Shown: positions 38,301-51,900 of the stretch, one piece after another
How positions within the stretch are numbered: position 1 is the stretch's first letter
How the letters are laid out: each line of letters starts with the position of its first letter
From: Octopus sinensis
Lineage: Eukaryota
Length of the DNA: 64,000 bases
Assembly (NCBI RefSeq): GCF_006345805.1
Contig: NC_043006.1
Location: forward strand, 28,458,001 to 28,522,000
Reading direction: 5' to 3'
Position numbers and translations under genes: made by a program
The notes under the pieces: model-generated
Database searches by the model: none
The model's input: only the letters and a program-made list of their open reading frames with translations
Told to the model about the DNA's origin: nothing

Positions 38301-41300
38301 CAAACCTATGATGGTGTCGCTACAATGGCAGGACAGTTAAGTGGGTTACAGTCAAAGGTAAGAGAGAAATATGAATGTGTGATCTTTGTTCATTGTTGTG
38401 CTCATGCCCTAAATTTAGTTCTTTCACAAGCATGCTCTGCTATAAAAGAATGCAAGATATTTTTTCTACAGTAAGTGAACTGGGTATATTTATTACGAAA
38501 TCACTTAAAAGATCTTAATGTGTTAGATAACATAGTTAAGATTTCCCCAAGCTACAGGAACTAGATGGAACTATTCCTTATGTCTTGTTCTTACTAAAAA
38601 AGAAATTTGTAATTTCATAATCAGCCTTTCTGAAGACATCATTGAGAATCCTGAAGCATAAATTTTACTATTGGATTCTTAGATAATTTAAAAGCTCCCA
38701 ATTGTTTATTTTTATTAGAAGTATTTAGTGACATATTTTCTTTCACTGATGTCTTATTTAACATCCTTCAAACTAAAAGCCATGACATAATGTATTGCAA
38801 AGAACAAATAGATAAAAATACTCAAAAATAAACTCGATGATTTTTCAATATTTTATGATGTTAGGGGGAAAATATGGAATTGATGCAACAATTGAAATTA
38901 ATAGATCTAGGAATAAATCTATTGATCTTTAACTATATTATTGAATGCTCTATAACAAAATTATTGACACAATGGTTGATCAACTAAAAATGCGATACTT
39001 ATCTTTAGAAGAGCTTGAATTCATAAAACTTTTCAACTTCAGTAAAATTGAAGAATATTACAAAAAATTTCCAGCGGATGCTTTAAATTTTTTAAAAACC
39101 ACTTATGGTAGTTATTTTGATATAATATGATTACAGAGGGAACTAAATGTTATGTATTCTATGCAAGATTTTAAAAGCAAAGTGTGAGTAATTTAATGCA
39201 TTACGTTTACATATGTGATCTGATTGAAGTTATGCCAGAACTCTTCAATCTTTGCAACCATACTTTGACAATTCCATCTACAACTGCCTCTGTAGAGTGG
39301 CCCTTTTCTGCATTGAAGAGAATCAAAGTTTACCAAAGAAATACAACAGGAGAGAAAAGACTTTCAGGGTTGGCTCTTATGTCAATTGAAAAAGATTTAC
39401 TCCAACAACTGATTAAAACAGAAAATTTCTAAGAGAATGTAATAAACGCATTCACCCTGAAAGATTGAAGAAGTGAATTAATTTATAAGTGAGGTGTGTA
39501 AATAATAATTTTTTGTACATCTTTTTTAAACTTTAAATGCATTAAAACAGCGACCCCCATGACCATGTTGTGAAACTAATTTCGTTCTCTTAATTAAACA
39601 ATTTAAAAATTGAATCAGCTCAGCCAATATGTATGAGTGTGGGCTGAAAAGTTCATAGGATGGCTATGAAGGAGGGATGCCAGAAATCTTACATGCATTT
39701 ATTTCCACTCTACATATTAATTACTGCATTGTTTCCTTTCAAGTAAACTGACATCTGACAGTTCAAAGAAGACTTCAAAAGTAACTTCTCTCAAAAATAG
39801 ATAAAATGTGACATTGTGGTATTGTTATGTACCTTCAGGAAAAGGCATTAGCCCACAAGGTCATTCACGCTGACATAGTTGATACATTACAGGATAACGT
39901 TCCTGCTTTATCAACAATGCAAAAGTGGGCAGCTAAATTTAGGAGGGGGAGGGAGAGTCTTGAAGATGACCTAATATTTGGACATCCTACAACTGCCACC
40001 ACTGAGGAAAACATTGGTCGTATTCACCACACGTCGATGAATATTAGGTGATTGACTATAAATCAAACATCCAATGTTATTAGCATAACCTGTGAGAGAG
40101 TTGAGAATAGTCTGCACAACTTGGTGTGACAACGGTTTATGCTTGATGGGTGCTATGTTTTCTGACACCTAATCAAAAGTGCACCAGGTTGATCACATGA
40201 TAGGAAAATCTGACATTGTTTAAAGCAGATCCAGTTAGTCTCCTTGAATGTTTCTTAACCTATGATGAGGTGTGAGGTTCATCACTTTATGTCAAAAATA
40301 TAGAGACAATCCATGCAATGGAAACATCCCTCCTCATCTGCTCAAAAAAAAACCAAGGTCCTTTCATCTGCAGGAAAGGTGATGGCATCAGTTATTTGGT
40401 GTCAAAATGCTTTGCGCTAATTGATTATCTTCAAAAGGGCCACATCATCAATGGAGTGTACAACTTGCTGAGACAGTTAACAATTGTCCAGAAAAACTGG
40501 ACAATGCTCCAGTACACGTCCTTGGTTTCAATGGCTGCTGTGCATGGCTGTAGCTTTGAATTGGTTGAGCACCCTTCTTATTCTCCTAATTTATCCTCAT
40601 CTGACTATCATCTGTTCTCCAACATGAAAAACACTTGGCTGGGAACCTGTATTGCAGTCATGATGATGTCATATCTGCAGGTGATGACCTTTTGACCAGC
40701 AGGATGAAAGTATCTGCAGCAATGAGATCCAAGCACTGCAACACCAATGGAGTAGGTGGTGTGGAGCGTAAGTGGGGACTATGTTGAAAAATAAACCGCA
40801 TTTGGTTACATTCCATGAAAGCATTTTGGTCAGCCTATAAACTTTTCATCTGCCTCTCAAAAGTCACTGCATGCCACTAATACATACATATGTGTGTGTG
40901 TATATATATATATATATACACATATATTTGCTTGAGTGTGTGTGTGTATGTATGTGTGTGTACAGCAGGCTTCCACACAGTTTCCATCTACCAGATTCCT
41001 TCACAAGGTATGCATTGGTTGATCTAGGGCTATAGTAGGAGACCCTCACCAAGATGCCATGCAGTGGAATGAATCCAAAATCACTTAGTTGCAAAGTGCA
41101 CCCTAAGTGGAGGAATGAAATTTGCTTAGGTGGTACAACCCCAGGTTCAAATTTTCTTTCAATCTTAATATCAAAACAAATGTGGGTGTAATAATACTTT
41201 ATTAATCATCATCATCATCATCATCATCATCATTATTATTAAGGTGGTGAGCTGGCAGAATTGTTAGCACGCCAAACAAAATGCTTAGTGACATTTCATC

Positions 41301-43865
41301 CATCTTTGCATTCTGAGTTCAAATTCCATGAAGGTCAACTAGTGAAACACTGGGGTCAATGTAATTGACTAGTCCCCTCCCCCAAAATTCAGGCTTTGTG
41401 CCTTTAGTAGAAAGGATTGTTGTTGTTGTTGTAGTAGTAGTAGTAGTAGTAGTAGTATTTATACATCTAAGGCAGCGAGCTGGCAGAATTGTTAGCACTC
41501 TGGTCAAAATGCTTAGCGACATTTTGTCTGCATGTTCTGAGTTCAAATTCCACTAAGATTGATTTTGCCTTTCATCCCTTTTGGAGTTGATAAAATAAGT
41601 ACCAGTTGAGGACTGGGTTAATGTAATCAACTTAGCCCCTCCCTGAAATTGCTAACCTTGTGCCAAAATTTGAAACCATTATTATATTCACGCATCAATC
41701 AAATCAGTTAAATCCAATAGCGGAAAAGTAATGTGTCAGAATCAGTCCAAAAATTCTACACTCATCTGTTTTGGTGAAGTTTTTTAGGAAGATGTTCAAA
41801 GCATTTTCCTTGTGCCTCCCTCCCAAATTTTAGGGATTGCAATCAGACCCCTTGCACCTACTCTTGCTGAGCCAATGAAGTGAGCTTCTTAACCACACAG
41901 CCATGCCTGTGCATATGCCAGGAGAAAAAATCAGTTAATGAAGTTTGTAAAATTAGCTAAGATCATAAACTGAGATGTGAGTCCTATAATTGTTGAACCA
42001 AAATCTACAATCAGAATTCTTTATTTTGTTCAGTTTTTACATTTTGGATTTTCCTATTTTTTAAATTTTTATTTTCATTTATTTATTGATCTATCAATCT
42101 ATTTTTTATTTTTTTACAACTTTTTAGCTTTATTCAGCACGGCTCGTCATTTGTACAAGCACTTTCATTGTGTTGTATACAGTTTTGTGGCTTTGTTAAA
42201 AATGCTGAACTTCCACCTCTAGCTGATGACCTAGAAGCCCCACGTCCCAATGTATTGTACATTGATGATAAGGGCAGAAAACATCAGGATTGTTTGAGCT
42301 TGTGTGCAGGTTAGAGTCTTTTACTGCTTATATTTTTCTCAATTTTCTTTTTAATTTCATGGTTTTTTTTTTTCTGTTTTGCTTATTTCACTGAGAAAAA
42401 ATTGTTTCTTGTATTTCGTAGGGCTTCCTCACTTTGCAAGTGGATTTGCCAGAAACTGGGGAAGAGATACATTTATTGCTATCAGAGGAAATCTTCTGCT
42501 CACAGGGAGATTCAAAGATGCTCGGTAAATATATTTACTGTTCTGAAATATTTCAATTAATTAATTAGTTAATCATACGTGTATGTTTATGTAATTATAT
42601 ATATTGTATTTGTAGATACATGATCTTGGCCTATGGTGGCTGTTTGCGGCATGGTCTTATTCCTAACCTTTTGTTAGAAGGAGAAGGTGCACGGTACAAC
42701 TGCCGTGATGCCTACTGGTGGTGGCTACAGTGTATTCAAGACTATTGCAAACTTGCTCCCAATGGCACTAGTCTGCTGAAAGATAAAGTGGCTCGTCTCT
42801 ACCCTACTGATGATTCTGAAGCCAAGATTAAAAAACCAGAGGTATTTTCTCAGATTTGATTTAATTTCAAATATTCTTCTGCTTAAATTCTAAATTACCA
42901 TCTGTTGGCAAAATCTCTGAAGAGTACTAGTTGACTTAATCCTAGTTTTAATAAACATCCCATCTACACCTCAGTTAATTTGATCCTGGATTTAACAATC
43001 CTTCCTAAAACAACAGTTGATTTGATACTGGTGTAAATAAGCCCATCTATCCAAGACATTAGTTAATTTGATCCTGGTTTTAACGTTCCATCCTTGAAAC
43101 CAGTTGATTTAATTCTGGTCTTAACAGACCTCCTAGACATCCATCTAAATAACAAACTAAATATATTCCCAGTATGAATTTCATTTGATATGTTTTTATA
43201 TAAGCTAATCAAGGAGAAAAGCAATGTCCATGACTCTGAAGCCCCCCACACCCACCCACCGAACTAGACTGTTGAAATTGAAGATCTTAGACTTTCAAGA
43301 CCAACCTAAACTACTGTTATTGAAGAGCTTCATAAACTTTGAAGGCCCTCCTACATTATTGTAATTAATGCAGCTTACATTCAGCCTGAGTATTTTTTTG
43401 GTCAATATCCATGGAAAATAACATGGGTGGGAAAGGAATCTTGGATTTTAATTCAAATGCTAACAATAAAATGGGCTCAGCTAAAGGTGCCCATACACTA
43501 GGTGGTCTTGTCAAACAGGCCTGTTACCTAATTTAAGCCTCTCTCTCTCTCCTCTCTCTCTCCCTCTCCTCTCTCTCCCCCTCTCTCTCTCTCTCTCTCT
43601 CCACACATACACACATTTTTCCATGCTTGTATGGATCAGATAGAATATGCTGAGGCAGATACCCCTCCTGTCAACAACCTTCACTTGTTCCCAAGTAAGG
43701 TAATGTTTCCTCTTGGCTGGACATGATTTTCATGGTAGACTGGAAATGGACAACACCACTTGTATGATGGTGGTGCTTGTTTACAACCATTATATGATGT
43801 CAAGACAAAGGTACACACAGACATATACATATTTATACACACATGCACTCACACACATACACATA

Positions 43866-43937
<72 letters not shown>

Positions 43938-44233
43938 GAGGCACAATGTCCCAGTGGTTAGGGCAGTGGACTTGCGGTCGTAGGATCGCAGTTTTGATTC
44001 CCAGACCGGGTGTTGTGAATGTTTATTGAGCGAAAACACCTAAAGCTCCACGAGGCTCCGGCAATGGGTGGTGGCGATCCCTGCAGTACTCTTTCGCCAC
44101 AACTTTCTCTCACTCTTTCTTCTGTTGGCCTGTTCACTTAGCCAGCGGGGTGGGGTCATTTGAAGGCTAAAACAATGCGAAGCACATTGTGACCAGTGAT
44201 GTGTAGCAACATCTGATAGCCTGGTCGGTGACG

Positions 44234-44285
<52 letters not shown>

Positions 44286-45190
44286 AGACACTCTGTCTAA
44301 AAACCTGTATAACTAACTGGAACATAATCATAGATTTACAATATACAATGGTGAGGAACTATAACCTCAGGCCCTGCCACAAGACTATGCGGAGTTCTTT
44401 ACTAATCTATACAATATTGTTAGCTTGGTGTACATACAGAGAGCTTATAAAGTATTTGGGTCAGATTAACGACCTCTAACTAATAACTATATATATATAT
44501 ATATTATATATATATATATATATGATGGCTGCCCATTATCGAGTATGGCCATTGCACGAAACTTAACTGTTATTAGTGCTGTGATCAAATGGGACTTTTA
44601 TTTGCTTTTTAAGGCTACAGCCAGCCATTCAGTTGAGACTCACAGCACTATCAACAATCAGGAACAATGTTGTTATCGTGCAATGCCTGTGCAAGAAGAT
44701 TTTTTTTAAAGTGAGGAAAGGCTGTGCACTGAGTCAATCCTACTCACTAAACAACAGCAGCCATAATCCGAAAAGAAGAACAAGTCAACATCATCGGTAA
44801 CCACTGAGCCGCAGGTTTTATGTCGGAGTTATCCCAGTTACCTGAGTTACCTTCTCTTAGAAGGATGCCCTAACAAAGGTTAGGAGTCCTTCACTCCCAA
44901 TGGTTTAACCGCATGATCATGCATTCAGTCCGATTATTTCTATGTTCTCGTGCATGATACAGCCTTAAGCCTTAAGAAAAAAAAAATACTCATTTATTGG
45001 ATGGCCGTTGACTCTCAAGAGTTCCTCTGCCCTATATATATACTTACACACATACACACATATGTATAGCTTCCCAACCACATAGCTTCTAGTTCAGTAC
45101 CACTACGTGGCACCTTGGGCAAGTGTCTTCTACCATAGATGTGGGTTAACCAAACCCTTGTGAGTGGATTTTGTAGACAAAAGCTGAAAG

Positions 45191-45245
<55 letters not shown>

Positions 45246-48200
45246 TACACACCTAGATGTAGGTATGTATAGTGATGTCAGGGTTATCCATTTTTGGTGG
45301 TAATGTTGGCAGATAAAGTATAATTTAGTCAGTATGAGAGAAAGAGGGGTCACCATCTTGTTCGCAACAACAAGAAAATAGAAATTCAGGAGACGCTTGT
45401 AATAAATTATAACATATTTATTACTGGAGGTAATGCGTTAACATACAAGGTTAAGTGAAGGAAAGCTTATAATATTACATGAATATGTTCTGTTTGCAGT
45501 CACATGTTTCCAAGTAAATAAGGTGAGCATGAGCAGGCATAAGGTACGGCGGCTTGACTCGATGCCAGCCTAAGGCCAGACAGACACAAAGTGGTGCAAA
45601 TTTAGAACTTCTTTCCTTTTTATAAGGGATGGACCAGAAGTCCCTAACTTCCACATAAACCGGAAGCTTCCAGAAAAGTCTCGAATGTTCTAGAAGCTCA
45701 AGGGAGATTACTCTTGTTAAATCCCTTTTCCATTTTGCTTCCTGTCATAGCCGCCACGGGTCACTACATATGTGTGAATGTTTGTGTCTCCTTTGTCTTG
45801 ATGCTGTGTGATTGTTGTAAATGAATATCTGGCCATAGGTAAATATTTCCTTAATTAGAAACAGATAAAGGTTGGTGATAGGAAGGGCATCCAACCTTAA
45901 AAAAGTCCACCTGTGTAGTTTCCATCTAATTCATGCAGGCATGTAAAAAAATGATGATGACGATGATGTTAGAGATGATATGCATGTATTTATGTATGTG
46001 TGGCATGCATGTGTGAGTGTGTGTATATATGTGTCTCCTTATCTTGACATCACATAATAATTGTAAATGAATGTAACTGTCATACAAGCAGTGTCATTCC
46101 TTTCCAATATTCTGTGAAAAAGGTGGCAAGCTGGCAGAATCGTTAGCATGGCAAGTCAAATTCTTAGCTGCATTTCATCCATCTTTATGTTCTGAGATCA
46201 AATTCCAATAAGGTCAAGTGTACCTTTCATCCTTTCGGGGTTGATAACTTAAGTACCAGCTGAGTACTGGGGTTGATGTAATTGACTAACTCCTCCCCTG
46301 AAATTGCTGGCCTTGTGTTAAAACTTGAAACCAATATTCTGTGAAAACCTGCCTGGCAATGAGGAAATATTACCTTGCTTGGAAACAGGTGAGGGATAGG
46401 TGATGGAAAAAACATCTGGACATAGAAAATGCCCCTGCATAGACTGTTTGACTCATACAAGCTTTGAAAAGGGAATGTTAAAGTAACAATGATAAATTAG
46501 CAGTCGAGAAATTTGAAAGTATGTACATAAATTACTTTCTCAGCTGCTAATGTTATATGGTTAATGATTCAATATAATGAATTATCAGATATGCATATTA
46601 ATAACTAACATTTATTATTCTTAAATGTTTCCTTTTAGATTCAACTTCTGAGTAAAGTTATCCAAGAAGGTCTTAGTGTTCATGCTCAAGGTCTGAAATT
46701 CCGAGAACGAAATGCTGGTCATAAAATTGACATGCACATGTCAGATGAAGGTAAGATACCATAAGCATGTGGAAAAGGTCAAGATTATTTATCTATATTA
46801 ATCCTTTAGAATTTAATCCGACCATACCCAGCCAAAATATTCTACCTATTTCATATTCAAACATTGGGTAGTATGGGGGCGGTACATCAGTGGACTGCAT
46901 CAGAGAAAGAGTCTCCTGGTTCTGGACGCATTCAGATGCCACAAGTCTGAAGAAACCAAGGTGGAGACATGTCATCTGAACATCAACGTGGCAATGATCC
47001 CTGGAGGAATGACATCCCTTCTTCAACCCTTTGATGTTGCAATCAACAAACCATTTAAGGACCACCTCAAGCACAGCTGGGAGGATTGGATGACCAATGC
47101 ACTGAAGGAGATGGTAAAGACCAGGCGCATGAAGAAAGTTGACTTGGGGACAATCTGCAAGTGGATCCTGAAGGTCTGGGAGGAGATTCCAGAAGACATC
47201 ATCAAGCAGGCCTTCCCAAAGTGCTACATGTCCAACATGCTAGACGACACAGAAGATGACATCTTATGGGAAGACAATGCCATCTCTCCTGACTCTTCTG
47301 ATGAGGATGAATTGGCATATGCAGATGGTCAACTCTACGAGGTCTTCAATGAGTCATCTGATGACGAAGAGTTCTTAGGCTTTTGAGTGAAGTCTCTACC
47401 CAATAGTGTCAGTCCTTTATAGGACCACACATTTTCAAGAAAGAATATAAAGATCACAATATGAATAAATCATATAAATACACATAATAAAAAAACATTC
47501 TCTTATTATCTCTTGCATTTAAAACCCAGACTTTATCTTCTTCCATTAATAATTACGAATATCAATGATTGCAGTCACAAATGTTTGTTAAGTATGAAAT
47601 CATGAAAATGAAGACTATATTTATCCCTATTCATTAGCACCAGTTATTTCCTGGTTTACCCCACGTTTTTCTCCCACTGGGGACTAAAAATTAAGGGTGC
47701 AGTTTATACATGGGTGTGGCTTATACACCGGAAAATACAGTAAACGTTCTAGACAGAGATATCATGAAATAATGAAATATTTGTGTTGGATTTCAACTCA
47801 GTTACTCTGTCTGTTAATCTCTCCATATAGATATATGTATTTAAAAGAAGAAAAGTAAATCATTTTACAGGCCACAATGTTTCATATGATTGAGACTTAA
47901 ACTTTAAGATGTTTAATATAAGAGACAAACTCCACAACAATTACTGCAAGACTTAATACTACTCATAATAATGGTTTCAAGTTTTGGCACAATAGCCAAT
48001 ACTATCAAATCCAGTACTTGACTGGTACTTAATTTATTGACCCCAGAGGGATGAAAGGCAAAATCAACCTTGGCAGTATTTGAACTCCAAGAATGCTCAG
48101 AACAAAAAATGTCAAAAGAAATACCAAAAAGTATTTTTCTGACTTTTTAGCCATTCTACCAATTTTGGCACAAGGTCAGCAGTCTTAGGAGATGGGAGCA

Positions 48201-48860
48201 AGTTGATATCAACTCCAGTGCTCAGCTTGTAGTTATTCCATCAACCCCAAAAGGATGAAGGCAAAGTCAACCTCAGAATTTGAACCACTGGTGGTGGTGG
48301 TGGTGGTGGTGGTTGTGGTGGCAGCAGCTGCAGTGGTGGTGGTGGCAGTGGTGATGGCAGCAGCAGCAGTAATAGTAGCAGCAGTAGTGGTGGCAGTGGT
48401 GGTGGTGGTGTGGTGGTGGTGGTGGTTGTGGTGGCAGCAGCTGCAGTGGTGGTGGTGGCAGTGGTGATGGCAGCAGCAGCAGTAATAGTAGCAGCAGTAG
48501 TGGTGGCAGTGGTGGTGGTAGTGGTGGTGGTGGTGGTGGTGGTAGTGGTGCTGGTAGTAGTAGTAGTAGTAGTTGTGATGATATCCAGGAAAATATGTGA
48601 AGTTTTTGATAATGTCATAATTTACATAAAATGTCTTATATCTTCTTTTGTTTTAAAGGTTTCAACAACAGTATTGGAATTGACTGGAAGACTGGTTTCG
48701 TTTACGGAGGTAACATACACAACTGTGGTACATGGATGGATATGATGGGAAGTTCTGAGAACGCTGGAACACGTGGCCGACCAGCAACACCAAGGTGCGT
48801 GCATGCTACTTTTAAATTTTGGAGGGTTTATACTTACTTACTTACTTACATACATACATA

Positions 48861-48905
<45 letters not shown>

Positions 48906-51900
48906 ACATACACACATACATACATACATACATTTTAATGTTATTTTGAAATGGGATTTTTATTTATCTATATTGAAGAATTTTCCTGTATACACTGTGG
49001 TAATTAATCTTAATTCGTTTTTAGGGATGGTTCTGCTGTGGAGCTGGTAGCTCTCTGTTATTCAGCTATAACATGGTTAAATCAAATGCATAATGATGGA
49101 CATTATCGCTACTCCAGTGTTAAAAAACGAGATGGTAAGTTTCTTTTGTGAAAAAGTAATTTTTTTTAAAGAAAATCATGAATGCTACAACTTGTGGTTT
49201 CTCTTCCACTGTTACAGTTTTATGGTTGCATACCTAACTAGGAAGCTACTTACACCAAGGTAACTGTTAGTATTCATTGCAAGTATTTTAGTGAGGGGAA
49301 AATGCTTTTATATAATGTTATTGCAGTAAGACACCTGTCCCTATCTCTCTCAACACCTGGCACAAAGCAATCTTCCTTGATACTGCATCCCAAATCTTTG
49401 ATGGAATCTTGTCTTGTGAGTTACTTGATAACTTCATTAGTGTGGGGACCACAAGAATAATACATCGTACACTCTGTAAAGTGGTTGGCATTAGGAAGGG
49501 TATCCAAAGCAAACATTGGAGCCCAACACAGCCCTTTGGTTTGTTAGATCTTGTTGAACCACCTAACCCATTCTAGCATGGAATACGGACATGAAACGAT
49601 GATATTAATTCAACAATGCTTTAGGTTTAAAATTTCCCCCTCAGTTTCACACAGAAAAAATAAATTTGTTTGATTTGAGATTAACTTCCATGATTTTGTC
49701 ATCATTATTTTCTATAATCTTTGAATTGAATACCCTATCAGTTTTACATTAGATACATTGATAAGAACAGGTGTCTTGCAGTTTTCAGATTTTTAGTTAG
49801 CCCTTGTTTTAAACGTTCTGAGTAATATAAAGTTTTCCTTTTGTAAGACCTCAGTTACTCTGGTGATTGAGAACAATTGGGAATTGATTCATATATGATG
49901 CATTGACATCAGGAAAATATGTCCTGTGTGTCACGTATGAAACACGGGACAGGTAAAGGTTTAACCTCTTGTATAATAACAGCATTTATTTTATTTAAAC
50001 CTAATAGAATACTTTGAATTCAAAATCATGTTTGAACAGGATATAATAAAACACTTGTACCAGTTGTTTACCATCTAAATTCTATGTGAATGTGAGTGTG
50101 AGATTGGGAGGAATTACAACTGTGTTTCGTGGTCTGCTACCACAACAGCTCCTTTATAGGATCCAGTTAGCTCGAGACATCATCTGGAGGAACCACGTCC
50201 AGCTTCGGCCCCTACTCCTCTACCGTTTTGACGTGGCGTCCCCCCCCCCCTTTCGAAGGTGTCTTCAGCTCTGGTGTTGGGTGCATGTCTTCTTTCTTCT
50301 GTTCCCTGGCCTCTTCAATGTATCGTCAGTGAGTGTCAGCCAGTGACTGACTGACTTGTCAAATTTTTCCCTTTAAATACCTGCTGTTAGGCTCCAGCAG
50401 GCAGCCCCAGCAAGTTGTCATGTGACACTGTCTTACCTTAACTGACTAGTGAAGGTGCATAGTTTTAGCCTGCACATTTTCTACACGACCGTCACCTTTC
50501 TTATATTATCCTCTTAAATAACTTTTGTGATTATCATTATGATGTATTTCTATTATCAGGTAAAGAAATTACATTCTCCAACTGGGCTGATCTGATTAGA
50601 AACAACTTTGAAAAGTTCTTCTGGGTTCACAGAAACCCAAAACCAGATATGGAAAACTTCAAATATATTAACCGCAAGGGCATTTACAAAGATTCGGTGG
50701 GTGCTTCTCAGCCTTGGTGTGATTTTCAATTACGCCCCAACTACCCTATTGCTATGGTTGTGGTAAGTAGATGTTTAATTATTTTAATATGTTTTCTCAT
50801 CTGTTCATCTACTATTAAATACCTGATGAACAATTGTACACATTTTTTTCCCAAAGACTGCTACAGACTGAGTTAAGATGTCAGCCTTCTAAACTATGGG
50901 TTGTTGGTCCTTATTCCATCATTAGCAGTGTGTTGTATCCCAGCAGTGACACTAAATTCTCTATGATTCATTCTATTCATTTACAGTGCTGAGTTCACAC
51001 CTTTCCAAACACTTGTAACAGAAATGTATTCTTATTCATGAAAGATTGTCTCTCAATTGTTTCATAATACCATGCAAGCCGGAATATGATTCATCACAAT
51101 CCATATACTCTACAAAATATCAATCAGGGGCTGATATCATACACAAAAATTTGTAGTAAATGTTTCAGCCCAAATTAGCTTTAATTGACAGCTCCTCATA
51201 CCTATCCCTTCAATATTGATACAACAGATTTTCTTTATTTCAGCTATCTGTTAAAACAAATTAGACTGATACTTCAGTGTCAATTGAATTAAATTCAACA
51301 TTGGGGCACTATCTTAATTACATAGACTCAATAAAGTCACTGATGTTTCCAAATTAAGATACTGGATGAACAATGTAGGTCCCCAGTCAAACAGGGATAA
51401 CTACCATAAGGATTTTGCATTATTGTTTATTTTTATAAATTAAACTTATAATCTTAATGTCAACATCTGGTTGAAATTATTCACTTGCTTTTCTTATTTC
51501 CTTCAAGGCTCCTAATTTATTTTCACCTGAGAAAGCATGGTATGCACTAACAGTTGCAGAAAATATCTTACTGGGACCACTAGGCATGAAAACTCTGGAT
51601 ACCAAGTGAGTTATTTTCTTTGTCAGGTTTGGTGTTTCTTAGTTTAAACTGTATAATCTGTATAAACTTTTATTATAAAAACTTGACTCTACACTTAGGA
51701 AATTTGCTTTACAACCACATGATTCTACGTTCAATCCAGAACTCGTTACAAGAGTCTTGTTATAGATTATGATTGGTGTAATGTATACGGTGCATATACA
51801 TGCATGCATGCACTCTGACACACATATGCGCATATATACCCAATACTTTGTGAGTGAAATTAGGAAAATTTAGGCTGTTGAGAAGCCAGTTCCATGTGTG

